DNA of 64,000 bases from an uncultured Lentisphaerales bacterium (GCA_943788985.1 CALSSJ010000023.1:32001-96000), one strand, 5' to 3'. Shown: positions 28,503 through 39,529, counted from the stretch's first letter. The notes: generated by a model not told the origin, from the sequence alone. Numbers and translations: made by a program.

Positions 28503-30803
28503 TTAGTAAACCTGCGTGCTTTCTTCTTCGACAAGTGGTGGATCAAGCAAGCGTGAAGATAACTTCACGCTCAGACGTGCATCACCGGCGACTTTGGCAC
28601 GAGCCCTGATCGAGTACTCTATGGTCTCGTGACCGGCGAGCCGCGCATATGGGCGAAAGGTGACCACCTGCCCAAGCATATCGGCGACGGTGGGACCCTG
28701 AGTTTTCATTGGCTCAAATTCAGGCGGAAACTCTGCGATCACAACGATACTCTCCTCCGGTGCCGAGCCTTGATTGCGTACCTTAATCACAAAGGAGGTC
28801 TCGGCGCCAATTACGACGGGATCGGCGGTATCGATCACTTCGAGAAGAATAGCAGATTTTCCGGTCCACTCTGTGCAGCCTTCACCACTGGCCTCAAGTC
28901 CTTCCGCACAGGCGGAGGTCAGGGCAGTACAGTGGGTGCCAACAATAGCCGAAACGACGCGGTAGTTATAGGTGCGGGTTTCACCCGCTTCGAGTCTGCG
29001 CGCCAGCCATGTCGCCCGATTCCCGCTGAGGGTGGCGTCCGGGGCTTCGACCAAGCGTATGGCAGCGGGCGCGGCCAGGGCAAGGGCTACATTGGTCAGT
29101 GTGGTTTCACCGCTATTTGTCAGCTTGGCTACATAGTTTGCATGCTTGCCGACAACACGTGTCTCTGGACCAGTGATTGTCAGCGAAACGGACTCGGCTT
29201 CGACGAGGGTGCAGGCCTCAGCCATGACTTGAGGGGTAAAGTCTGCGGTAGCCACGGCCCGGCTGCAAAGCTGACCTGTGTCAATGGCTCGAAACGTGGC
29301 TTCGATTGCACGCGATTCACCGGGGAGCAGATCGCCAACGTTATAGGTGAACGTCCGCTGACCAGTGTGATGATCCAGGCCGCGGGGCACTACGTCGGTC
29401 ACAACCGTATTCCGTGCTGCGACACTGCCGGTATTTTCGACTACGGTCTTGATCAGGACTTCTTCGCCTTTTCGAGCACGAACTGGCGCATTCTTGGTGA
29501 TGTTCAGAACGGCTTCGCCAACTTCGGTGATCAGGCGACCGCGAGGCGTTACGTTCACCACTGCACAGCCAGTGATGTCCCCCTCGCGAAGCGCACGCAA
29601 ATGAATCTTGATGGTCTTCTTTTCACCCGCCCGCACGTCGTCGAAACGCCAGGTGAGGCGATGATGGAATACGTCGGCTGGCGGCGTGCTGCGAAGATAA
29701 CCTACTGGGTCGGGGATCACGTCTTGCACCACAATGGACTGCGTGTCCTGTAGAGCCATCACCTCAATCACGGCTTCAAAGTCCTCATCAACGGCGACAT
29801 CAGTCGGCAGCATCTTACGCATGTCGATCAATTCGGTCTGCACGTGGCAATCGCTGGTGAACCCTGGAACGGTCGGCCGCGGCACGGCTGTGGAATGATA
29901 GAAGATTTTGAGCGGATTTCCCTCACCATCGGTGAAGTAGAAGCTGGCGTTGGCGTAGGCCTGCGTTCCCTTGGTAATGGTGTAAAGCATGCGCTCGCTT
30001 TGATCTTGCACGCGAACAGGAAGCTCGTTGCTGGCCCATTTACCAGTGCCAGAGGTGACCACATCCATCAGCCGCTCATTATTGCGATAAATGGAGGCAC
30101 GCCCACCACGGTCAAAATCGTAGTTATACTCGATGACGCGCTTGGTGTAGGGCGGGACCTCGAACTCGAAGTTCATGTGATCGCCCATGTCCCGTGCCAG
30201 GTGTGCGGATACGTTGTAGGTAAAGGCCACTGCTTCATACGGGCAGACGGCGGTCTTAAAGAAGTTCCGTTCGGAACCTTCGGGTGCATGGACGACAAGC
30301 TTGAAGTAGATCCAATCACCAATGCGTTCGCCCTGAGCCGGGGAGTAGGGGCCGAATTGCGCCCAAGTCTGTTCGGAATAGGCTGAAAAGGATTGTGAAT
30401 CCAATAACTTGCCAGCCTGCTGTGCGCTCGGCCGTGGATTACGTGACTGGGGATCGGAATGAGCACCGATCCCGCCATAAACACTCAGCGTGGTCATGGT
30501 CGGCAACCCCGCCCGGAGCGGCCAACGCTTGGGGTCGACATTGTTTCCAGATGCGGGGTCAAAGACGTAGATTGTCACGTGCTCGTTGGCGTCGGCGCGC
30601 ACACGGTAGAAGTTTACCTGCACGGTGTCATCGCGCCCTTCTCCCTTGTGGGCCTGTGGGCCAAAGACGTAGAGATACTGCACGTTATTCACGCCGCCAG
30701 GCACGGACTTGCAGACTCCCTCCAGACCTTCCTGGGCGAGACAGGCGATTCCCGCCAGCAACAGAGCAAGGGTCAGGAAGAGCTTGGTTGGTCGGTTTAC
30801 CAT
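28503..30803 (-). CDS. OmcB-like DUF11-repeat secreted protein with extra N-terminal domain
   Basis: Signal peptide; DUF11 repeats; C-terminus EVIDTADPVVIG...VRNQGSA...GDARL...EEESTQVY matches chlamydial OmcB pattern. Confidence 0.8.
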   Translation of the reverse strand: MVNRPTKLFLTLALLLAGIACLAQEGLEGVCKSVPGGVNNVQYLYVFGPQAHKGEGRDDTVQVNFYRVRADANEHVTIYVFDPASGNNVDPKRWPLRAGLPTMTTLSVYGGIGAHSDPQSRNPRPSAQQAGKLLDSQSFSAYSEQTWAQFGPYSPAQGERIGDWIYFKLVVHAPEGSERNFFKTAVCPYEAVAFTYNVSAHLARDMGDHMNFEFEVPPYTKRVIEYNYDFDRGGRASIYRNNERLMDVVTSGTGKWASNELPVRVQDQSERMLYTITKGTQAYANASFYFTDGEGNPLKIFYHSTAVPRPTVPGFTSDCHVQTELIDMRKMLPTDVAVDEDFEAVIEVMALQDTQSIVVQDVIPDPVGYLRSTPPADVFHHRLTWRFDDVRAGEKKTIKIHLRALREGDITGCAVVNVTPRGRLITEVGEAVLNITKNAPVRARKGEEVLIKTVVENTGSVAARNTVVTDVVPRGLDHHTGQRTFTYNVGDLLPGESRAIEATFRAIDTGQLCSRAVATADFTPQVMAEACTLVEAESVSLTITGPETRVVGKHANYVAKLTNSGETTLTNVALALAAPAAIRLVEAPDATLSGNRATWLARRLEAGETRTYNYRVVSAIVGTHCTALTSACAEGLEASGEGCTEWTGKSAILLEVIDTADPVVIGAETSFVIKVRNQGSAPEESIVVIAEFPPEFEPMKTQGPTVADMLGQVVTFRPYARLAGHETIEYSIRARAKVAGDARLSVKLSSRLLDPPLVEEESTQVY

Positions 30804-32263
30804 CAGTAGATCCTCGTCGCCTCTTCTTCAATCACAGGATTCTCGAGAACATCCGAGATCAAGGTAAATCTTGCACGTACCTCGCCGCTATCAACAGCCA
30901 CAGCCTTCACCACAAATTCCAAGTAGCGCTTAGGCTCGAGGGTATCAATGGCGGGAAACTCTACCCGGCGGCCCTGGATATCTCCGACGGCGTCGCCGCT
31001 GGCCTCGACCGGCGAAATAGCAGCTGGAAACTCTGCCACCACACGCAAGTTACGCCCGTCTGCAGTGCCTTGGTTGGTTACCCGGATGCGGTACTCTGTC
31101 TTATCCCCAATAAGCACCGGGTCATTCGTGTCCACGACTTCGAACAGTAAACCGGGATACCCTTGCCAGACTGTCGGTGCCGAGGTTGTGGCGTTGATCT
31201 GCTCCGTACATGTCGCACTCACAGCGTTCTCAATTAGCCCCGTGGTTTCTGCGCTGGTGGCGATTAGCTCGAAAGCGCGCGTTTCGCCGGTCTTTAATGT
31301 TGGAATGGTCCACACTGCAAAGCCGTCCGACGTGGTAGCTTTCTTTGCCTGAACAACAGTGACGCCTTCGCCCACAAGGTCCGCAATCGTGACATCAGTC
31401 AGCGTGAAGTCGCCGGTGTTGGTCACTTGAATCGCGTAGGACGCGTGTTTGCCGAGGCGCTGCGAACGAGGCCCGACCTTAGACAATTTAAGGATACCTT
31501 CGATGATTCGTGTGCAGGCACGGCCTTCGGCTATTTTGGCATTCCTAGCGGTTGCAATCGCGACATCGCAGCCTTCCCCGCGAGCGACGCCGCGCAGCAT
31601 GACCGGCACCGCTCTGGAGTCTCCAGGCGAAATGTCGCCGAGCTGAAAGTCGAGCGAGTTGAAACCGCTCGCATGCTCGAATCTCAACGGGATCGGATTG
31701 GTCAGCAGAACGCCCTTGGCGGTAACCGTGCCGCGGTTCTGGACTTCGATTTCGAATAGTCCATGCCCGTTCAGTGGCACGCTCTCTGGAGCGGTCACAT
31801 GAACCACGAGCTGTGCACGCCCGACAGTGGTAACGGCACAGCAATGGCGAGAGGCGGTCATCGGGGTGCACGCGCTCAAGATGCCGCCACGCTCCGCACG
31901 AAGCACGAAGCGAATCACCTGCTTCTCGCCTGCGGTGATGGAGCGAATCGTCCAGTTCAGTGATGTGCCTTCAAGCGAGCCAACGGGTTCGCTGCGCAGG
32001 TAGCTCGTACCTTCCGGAAGGACATCTTGAATCACGACATCGGCTGCGTCCACCAGTCCCTTTACGTGAATCTCTACGGGGAACTCATCGCCCACAAAAG
32101 TCCTTGCGGGTACGATCTTCTCAAGGCGGACAGTAGGCGTCACGACTGTGAACGTTCTTACTTCCTCGCTGTCAGCCCAGCCGGGAAGCGTCAACAGCAG
32201 TAGCGTCAAAAGGCCATATGGCACTACGGTCTTCATGTATATCCTTTCTTGCCAGCGCAGCAT
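30803..32263 (-). CDS. OmcB-like DUF11-repeat secreted protein (start probably 32236)
   Basis: Four DUF11 repeats; VVDTNDPVLIGDKTEYRIRVTNQGTA...EEATRIY. Confidence 0.82.
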   Translation of the reverse strand: MLRWQERIYMKTVVPYGLLTLLLLTLPGWADSEEVRTFTVVTPTVRLEKIVPARTFVGDEFPVEIHVKGLVDAADVVIQDVLPEGTSYLRSEPVGSLEGTSLNWTIRSITAGEKQVIRFVLRAERGGILSACTPMTASRHCCAVTTVGRAQLVVHVTAPESVPLNGHGLFEIEVQNRGTVTAKGVLLTNPIPLRFEHASGFNSLDFQLGDISPGDSRAVPVMLRGVARGEGCDVAIATARNAKIAEGRACTRIIEGILKLSKVGPRSQRLGKHASYAIQVTNTGDFTLTDVTIADLVGEGVTVVQAKKATTSDGFAVWTIPTLKTGETRAFELIATSAETTGLIENAVSATCTEQINATTSAPTVWQGYPGLLFEVVDTNDPVLIGDKTEYRIRVTNQGTADGRNLRVVAEFPAAISPVEASGDAVGDIQGRRVEFPAIDTLEPKRYLEFVVKAVAVDSGEVRARFTLISDVLENPVIEEEATRIY

Positions 32264-32334
32264 CCTAATACGAATAATCGAACCGGTAAGATAGCGAGCG
32301 CTACGGCGATGTCAACAACCGAAGCGCACAGGAA

Positions 32335-34030
32335 TCAGTATGCGCCACCTTCCCCTAGCTGTCTGATCAGTATGTCGCGAACCGATTGCGTCTCCCGCAG
32401 GCCTCCAGTTCCAACCTGAAATGGGCGCTCCCAAAAGGTTTCTCCCTCCACTCGGGCTCGCAGCACAAGCCCGAAACTGCCCGGCTGACGACCGCACATC
32501 CGCTCGACATCCCAGCTGACAATCGCGGCAAAGGGCAGGACAAATCGCTCGTCCGCGCCTTCATGGACCAATCTCCTCTGGCGATGATCCACGTACAACA
32601 CCCCCACGTCCACTTCTGGAAAGAGCTGGGGCAGTTCCCACTTGGCCCTTGGGATAGCGATGACACAAATGCCCCTCCGCTATTTTGTCAACGTTCTCAT
32701 GACGGCGCCTTTCGATCACGTCCATCAAGCGGCTCGATTGCCCGCGACGACCCAGATTCAGGGCCATCAAGGCTGGGATCCAGCCGAGACCGACCAGTAC
32801 GGCAACCGCGACCAGCTTCATGGATAGCGAGATTTCGTTAGGGGTGCAGGAGACGAGCATTGCAGCCATAAAGGACAAGCCACAGGCCCCCAGCGCCGAA
32901 TACCCCGGCCAATGGCCCCCGCGCACCATGGCATATGAAGGCTGCGGCTGCTCGACCGGACGGGCGTGTATGCCAGCCGGCGGCAGGTCCCGACGACGAA
33001 GGGCGGCACGCAGCAAGGAAAACTCCCCCCTCGCAGCGCAATAGGCCCGCCAATCATTCCGCGCCAGAGATGCGGTAAGAATGACACCGATCAGGATGAT
33101 CCCACCATCTACGGCCATCGCTTTTAGATCCTGTACCTGAACGTACTGCGGCGCAAAATAGAGAAACATCCCCAGAAAAGTGATCAATCCGGCTGAGGCG
33201 AACGCCAACATCAGGGCCTGCGCCTGCATCGTCTCGACCAACTGATCAATCCGCGCCTGTTCGTCGCTCTCCCAGTCTGGGTCGGCCTTTTGCGGAATTC
33301 GCAATCGAAGGGCGTGGTGAAGCAATTGGGCCCCGTGACTCAAATCGTCGACCGAAAACTCGCCGCGCGCATGGCAGATCAGCAACCGGTCACGCGGGTG
33401 CCCAGAGGTCGCGACAGGGATCCAGCGGAAGGCGCGGATCGAATTTACGGGAATGACCTGCTTCGTACCCCGCCGGGTTATGATGAGGTCCGAATCAGTG
33501 AGTGCAAGGGCATACTTTCCGCTGCGAGCGACCAGCTGGTCCTGCTTGTGGAGCTCGCTAAGCTGCCGGTCATAAACGGCTCCGAGCTTACGGCCCAAGT
33601 AGATATAGATGTCGCGCCCGCGGCGAGTAAGATGACCAGGGCGAATCACCATCAACTCCTCCCCACGCAGGCCTATTAGGCGGATCGCGACCTGTCTGCT
33701 GCCGACGAGTGCGTCATTGATCTCGTAGACAAAGGATGCCAAGGCGACCGTGTTCCACGGGATCGTGACGTTGTTATCACGGCGACAAATTCCATGGTCG
33801 CTCAGCTCATAATTCTCCTGGTTCTCCTGTCGGTCAAACCAGCGAACAGCCAACAACAACAGATGAAGCCCAAGGGTTGAAGCGAGGATTTTCAGCGGGG
33901 CCCAGGGGTCGACGTATACACCCGCCCAGAGCGAGAGCATGAGCGCGGGAACAGCAAAATAGCGCTCGAGCAGCAGCAGCGTTCCGATATCAAAGCCACT
34001 GTCACACCTCGAAACTTTGACCGTCTGCAT
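32335..34030 (-). CDS. Hypothetical multi-TM membrane protein with PH-like soluble domains (frameshift near 32650)
   Basis: ATG at 34030 after AGGAGG; paired TMs; C-terminus continues in ORF 32335-32613. Confidence 0.55.
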
Positions 34031-35458
34031 GGCCCCTCCTGAGCTTGAGATAGCGCCGGACAGTGTTGATGCTGACGTCCAACTCTTTCGCAGCACGCGC
34101 CAGACTTCCGGTCTCGCGATACACGGCCGCGACATGCCGCGCAGCCACGCCTTCAAGCGTGTTGTCATCGACATCAGCTTCCCTCCGCCCGGTAAAGCGG
34201 GCGTAGTCTGTCGTCTTAAAAATGATACCGCGTTCGAGGATATTCTGCAGTTCACGGATGTTTCCGGGCCACGCGTGCCCCTGCAGGACCTTAAGCTGCC
34301 GCTGTGCCAGCGGTGCGAGACCACGGCGATAGCGGTAGTCGTTTGCGATCTCCGCCAAATCCTCCGGGCGCTCCCGGAGCGTGGGCATGCGTAGTTCCAC
34401 AGTGCTAAGTCGGTAGAACAGGTCTTCGCGAAAATTCCCAGCAGTGACCATCTCGCGCACACAACGATTTGTCGCAGAGAGAATCCGCACGTCTACACGG
34501 ATCTCCGTGTCTCCCCCTAGCCGTCGAAAGCGCTGCTCCTGAAGAACACGCAACAGCCCCGCCTGTGCCTCTAGACTGAGTTCGCCGACTTCGTCGAGAA
34601 ACAACGTGCCTTTATCTGCCTGTTCGAACGCTCCTTTTCGCTGCGTCAGCGCCCCGGTAAAGGCACCTTTTTCGTGACCAAAGAGCCGGCTTTCGAGAAG
34701 TTGCGGGGAGAGGTCGGCGCAGTTAAAGGTCCAAAACGGCTCGTCCCGCCGCTCAGACTGCCGGTGAATCAAGTAAGCAGCGGTCTCCTTTCCGGTACCG
34801 GTCTCTCCGGTAATCAAAACCCGACAGTGCCCTTCGAGGCCCACCGTACGAATCGTGTCCCGGACTTTCTCCATCTGTACGCTGTGGCCCCGAAGCTCGC
34901 GATGCCCGAACGTTGCGAACTCCGCAATCGCCTGATGATCCTGCCGGCGCAAGGACTGGCTGGTCGCAAGATGCCGAACCACGTCAGCAAACGCGCTTAC
35001 ATCGCCTAGGCGCCGATAGCGCGACATAGCGGATTGGATCAGGGCGCGATGATCGCCGTGGGCACTAGTCGCAAGCCCGCAGAGGAAGCGTTCTTGCTCG
35101 GAGATGTCGTCTCGAGCTGCGACTGCGCGCGCCAGAGAACCGTCTCGCAGGCCGATTACAGTTTTACTGAACAGGCTGAGGTCAATGCCGACCGGTGGTT
35201 CGCGGTCACTGTACCAGATTACGACTAGGTTTCGCTGCTTCAGCTTCTGCAATGCCACTACGGTAGAGTTCACGTCCTCGCCCAAGCCGACGCCGACGAT
35301 GTGAATGCGGCGAACCCCATCTGGTATTTCGCGTTCAACGTACGGGGGACAGCCGGCGCTTACTCACGCCGCGCACCTCGCATACCGAAGGTGCGCGCCA
35401 CGAGGACAGCGGCAGCACAGGCTGCGTCCTCTGCCCAAGCCGACAGGATCATGTCCAT
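34002..35458 (-). CDS. Sigma-54-dependent enhancer-binding protein with uncharacterised N-terminal domain (frameshift near 35390)
   Basis: GETGTGKE Walker [34 protein letters not shown], Fis-like HTH. Confidence 0.9.
34913..34927. repeat. 15-bp palindrome, reverse orientation TTGCGAACTCCGCAA
   Basis: Exact copy inside bEBP gene (AEFA); variants at 25615 and 33290. Confidence 0.9.
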
Positions 35459-36625
35459 TCGTTCAGGCGGGGACCATTTCGGTGCTGCACCGGCTCGCGC
35501 GGTTTCGGCTGCGGATTCTCGTCCATCACGCGCAATGACTCGCGTGCGACACTCAGCAGTAAGCCGATTGCGATGCTGCTGACTAAGGTAGTGGAACCAC
35601 CGTAACTAAGTAGAGGCGCGGCGATACCAGTGGTCGGCAATGCGCCTACAACCACGCCGATATGCACGAACCGAGGGCAGCCAAAGCATAAGCCCCAGTC
35701 CCGAAGCTGCTAGTTGCCCTGTTGCGTCCGGCGTAGCCGCAGAAATTCCAAAGGCCGATGCACCGAGCAGTAGATACAGTAGAATCACGGAAACAACGGC
35801 AACAAAGCCGAGCTCTTCTCCGATAATCGAAACGATAAAATCCGTATGCTTCTCCGGAAGATAGGCTTCCTTCATTCGACTGTTGTTGATGCCAACGCCA
35901 GTCCAGTGGCCGGAACCCCAGTGCGATCAGCGACAGCTTTAGCTGATAGCCTGGCTCCTTCCACCAGTTCAAACGATCCTTCACATTTGTGCTTAGGAAT
36001 GACATTACGATCACGATACAGGACGACCCCAATCAGGCCTCCCAGAACGTAACGGCAACTGAAGCCCGGCCAAAAACATTCATCATGATCAGCAGCATGG
36101 AGCAAATCCCGGTGACGCTCAAGCTGCGCTGAAGGACGATCGATCCGATCAGAACCCCGACGCCCAGCACAGGCTTCCACCACGTTCTGAAACGAGCTGC
36201 GAAGTGCGGCTTAGCACCGTAGTATCCGGCCAAAAACAACACCACTGCGAGTTTGGCCAAACTCGGATGGCTGGACGCTTTGGCCACCAATCGACAGCCA
36301 GCGATGCGCCCCGTTGATCGAAGGCGCACAGGGCAGGCTGAGAGTGGGAAACGTATGGGCAATCCCCAAATAAGCCACGGGAACAATCCCCGCGAACAGC
36401 AGCCACCAGCGCCAGCGGCAGAACCAACGATAGCCCACCAAGTATGCCATGAAGCCAAAAACTCCACCGACGGCAAGCCATTGCACCTGCTTCTTCAGGT
36501 ACGCCTCACCATCCGTCGCGGACGACGTGGAGTATAGCATCACGACACCAAGCCCGACCAAGCCGACTACGGAGATCCCGAAGAGCCAGCGCCAGAACAG
36601 CCAGGGCATTCTTGGTGCGCAGCAT
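35449..36625 (-). CDS. ftsW: SEDS-family peptidoglycan polymerase FtsW/RodA (multiple frameshifts)
   Basis: Fragments [63 protein letters not shown] in successive frames. Confidence 0.75.
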
Positions 36626-36628
36626 CGG

Positions 36629-37710
36629 TCAGTTCTTGGCAGCTGCCAGCTTGTCCTCAGACTTAGCTTCAGGCTCGGCTTCCACCTCTGGCTTGAGCTT
36701 CTCATTGATTCGCTGTGACCAACTTCTTCTCCAATTCTGGATCTTCCTTGATCGCCACCTTCGATTGCTCGCGGGCCCCTGCCCAACTGAGAGTCCCGTC
36801 GAAGGAGAACCAAGCACCTTTCTTGTCGATAATCTTGAGGTCTGTAGCAACGTCGAGAATCGAACCGGCCTTTGAGATTCCTTCCCCGTACATGATGTCG
36901 AATGAAGCCTGCTGGAACGGAGGTGCCAGCTTGTTCTTGACCACCTTCACCACCACACCGGTTGCCGATCGGAGTCTGGCTTGAGTCCTTGATGATCTCA
37001 GCACGACGGATCTCCATGCGAACGGACGCGTAGAACTTCAAGGCATTTCCGCCGGTCGTGGTCGTCGGATTCCCGTACATCACGCCAATCTTCTCACGGG
37101 TCTGGTTGGTGAATATCACACAGGTATTTCCGCGGCTGATCGCACCGGTAAGCTTACGGAGAGCCTGGGACATGAGCCGAGCCTGAAGCCCGACATGCGA
37201 GTCTCCCATCTGCCCTTCAATCTCTGCCCGCGGCACGAGAGCTGCCACGGAGTCGATCACCAGCACGTCGATTGCATTGCTGCGGACCAAGGTCTCGGCA
37301 ATATTGAGTGCATCCTCTCCGCAGTCCGGCTGCGAGACCAGCAGATCCTGGGTGTTGACGCCGAGGAGGCGAGCGTAGGATGGGTCGAGCGCGTGCTCCG
37401 TATCGACAAACGCTGCGATGCCCCCATTACGCTGGGCGTTCGCCACCACGCTGAGACAGACCGTGGTTTTTCCGGAAGATTCCGCACCATAGATCTCGAC
37501 GATTCGCCCGCGGGGTACGCCTGGTATCCCCAGCGCCACGTCCAAAGACATGGCGCCCGTGCTGATTGTACCGATGTCCGCAGTTTTTCTTGTCGCCAAG
37601 ACGCATGATCGAGCCAGCCCCGTGCGTGCGGTCAATCTGGGCAAGGGCCGCGTCGAGATTTCCCTCTGGGGCCCGTGTGTTTTGGGATCTTTCTTTTTAG
37701 CCAAAGCCAT
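36629..37710 (-). CDS. recA: Recombinase A (several frameshifts)
   Basis: [63 protein letters not shown] continues in another frame. Confidence 0.95.
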
Positions 37711-37713
37711 ATT

Positions 37714-38931
37714 TTAGTCTCCTGTCGTGAGCTGAATTCGAAGTTGATTTAAAGCGAGTGACACGGTACGCTTTTTGGACCGTCTCGCGGTCGCCGCCCA
37801 AGCGGCGTTCCAGAACTCGCACGTCATTGTGTACCTGCGTGCAATAAAAACAAGCCCAACTGGCTTTTTATCCGAACCTCCACCGGGGCCGGCGATCCCA
37901 GTGACCGCGATTCCGGCCTCAAGATCCAGCCGCCCGCAGAGACCGCGCACCATTGCCTCCGCGGTCTCCGCACTGACTGCGCCGTGGGTATCAAGCGTCG
38001 CTTCCGGAACGCCGAGCAATTGGTGTTTGAATGCGTTGCTGTAGGTGATCATGCCGCCTGAAAAGACGTCTGAGACGCCCGGACGGGCCGTGATCGCGCT
38101 GCCGATTCCACCTCCCGTACAGGACTCCGCCACACCGAGGCGCGCCCCGCGTACCCGCAATTTAGCGACCACGCATTCCGCAAGATCGCCCTCGATTGCG
38201 AACTCCGCAAACTCGGCCATGATCGCGGCGAACGCCAGAGAAAGCTGCGAGGAGCATGCCGTAGCCGTAACGCGCACCGCCGTGGCACCATACGAAACAC
38301 AGTACGCAGGTGAAACCTGAGGAAAGTCCGCCAAGACGGCGAGCACGCGCTGCTCCACCTCTGGCTCTCCGACATCGAAGACCTTTAACTCCCTCGTTGC
38401 GGAGTTCGCAGCAAACAGCGCCTGCAGGCGAGGCACAATACGCTCCCGCATCACTGCGCCGAACTCTCGGGGTGGGCCGGGGAGCATGCCGACGGCCCGG
38501 GTTCCATTTGTGCACCACAATCCTGGCGCGACGCCTGCGGAGTTCGCCAGGATTTCCGCGCCAGCCGCTGTATGTGATTGGGCGTCGAGCTGTCCGGGGG
38601 AGATCTCCTTGCCCCGGGATTCAAGCGCCTGTCGCGAGTGCGCTTCCGCCTCTGGGGAAAACGCATAGGGTAAGGCAAGCGCATCGGCGATGGCTGCCCG
38701 CGATAGATCATCCCGCGTTGGGCCAAGGCCGCCAATGGTCAAAACCAAGGCCCCGCGCTCGAGCGCACTGCGCACTGCACCAGCCACGGTTTCGCGACTG
38801 TCAGGAACGCAGGTTTCACGATCAATACCCAAACCAATCTCAGCCAGCATCTTGCCAGCTGTGACCAGGTTGGTATTCAGCGTCCGACCTGCCAGCAATT
38901 CATCCCCGATCGAAACGACTTCAATACTCAC
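37714..38931 (-). CDS. cinA: CinA-family competence/damage-inducible protein (NMN deamidase domain)
   Basis: IGDELLAG...NTN, GGLGPTRDD, LPGPPRE, AESCTGG, TGIAGPGGG..KPVGLV; upstream of recA. Confidence 0.93.
   Translation of the reverse strand: MSIEVVSIGDELLAGRTLNTNLVTAGKMLAEIGLGIDRETCVPDSRETVAGAVRSALERGALVLTIGGLGPTRDDLSRAAIADALALPYAFSPEAEAHSRQALESRGKEISPGQLDAQSHTAAGAEILANSAGVAPGLWCTNGTRAVGMLPGPPREFGAVMRERIVPRLQALFAANSATRELKVFDVGEPEVEQRVLAVLADFPQVSPAYCVSYGATAVRVTATACSSQLSLAFAAIMAEFAEFAIEGDLAECVVAKLRVRGARLGVAESCTGGGIGSAITARPGVSDVFSGGMITYSNAFKHQLLGVPEATLDTHGAVSAETAEAMVRGLCGRLDLEAGIAVTGIAGPGGGSDKKPVGLVFIARRYTMTCEFWNAAWAATARRSKKRTVSLALNQLRIQLTTGD
38196..38210. repeat. 15-bp palindrome, reverse orientation TTGCGAACTCCGCAA
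   Basis: Exact copy in cinA; variants at 38397 and 38535. Confidence 0.9.
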
Positions 38932-38942
38932 TAGATCGCCCG

Positions 38943-39506
38943 TCAGACTTCCAGCAGCTCTTTCTCTTTGGCCGCCGCACGATCATCGGCCTGCTTCGTG
39001 TAGTTGTTCGTCAGCTCTTGTACTTCTTCCTGTAGCTCCTTGAGGTCATCCTGGGTGATATCCGAAGCCTTCTCTGCCTTTTTGGCGAAATCGTTCGATT
39101 CTCGCCGAATGCCGCGAATCTGCACGCGAGCCTCCTCAGCACGCTTGCTGACCTGCTTGGCCAAATCACGCCGCCGTTCTTCACTCAGCTCTGGTACGGG
39201 CAAGCGCACGACGCGCCCATCACTGACTGGGCTGATCCCAATGTTAGCCGCGATGATCGCCTTCTCGATGCTGCCGATTGAGGTCGGATCGAAAGGCTGG
39301 ACGACGAGCATCCGCGGCTCGGGTGTGCTGATGTTCGCCAGTTCACGCAAGCGTGTCTGGGCGCCGTAGTATTCGACCATGATGCCTTCTACCAGCGCGG
39401 GAGATGCCTTCCCGGTACGAAATCCGGCTAGGGCCTGCTCAAACGCATCCAGCGCGCCCATCATACGCTCTTCGGTCGATTCTGCGAGGTCGTCAATTTC
39501 TGGCAT
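38943..39506 (-). CDS. frr: Ribosome recycling factor
   Basis: RTGKASPAL, VEYYG, VPELSEERRRDL, KEKELLEV. Confidence 0.97.
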   Translation of the reverse strand: MPEIDDLAESTEERMMGALDAFEQALAGFRTGKASPALVEGIMVEYYGAQTRLRELANISTPEPRMLVVQPFDPTSIGSIEKAIIAANIGISPVSDGRVVRLPVPELSEERRRDLAKQVSKRAEEARVQIRGIRRESNDFAKKAEKASDITQDDLKELQEEVQELTNNYTKQADDRAAAKEKELLEV

Positions 39507-39529
39507 GCTATGCCTCCATTATCGGTGAT

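Noticed and set aside
34031..34462. N-terminal extension of ORF 32561-34462
   Set aside because: Out-of-frame overlap with the sigma-54 activator; a better RBS and ATG exist at 34030.
36211..37710. Apparent 499-aa RecA-FtsW fusion ORF
   Set aside because: Produced by frameshifts. The RecA C-terminus and its stop (36629) lie in other frames, and ftsW has its own ATG at 36625.
10461..38549. Palindrome as canonical parS, LexA box or matS
   Set aside because: Does not match TGTTTCACGTGAAACA, the SOS boxes I know, or GTGACRNYGTCAC, and it is not promoter-located.
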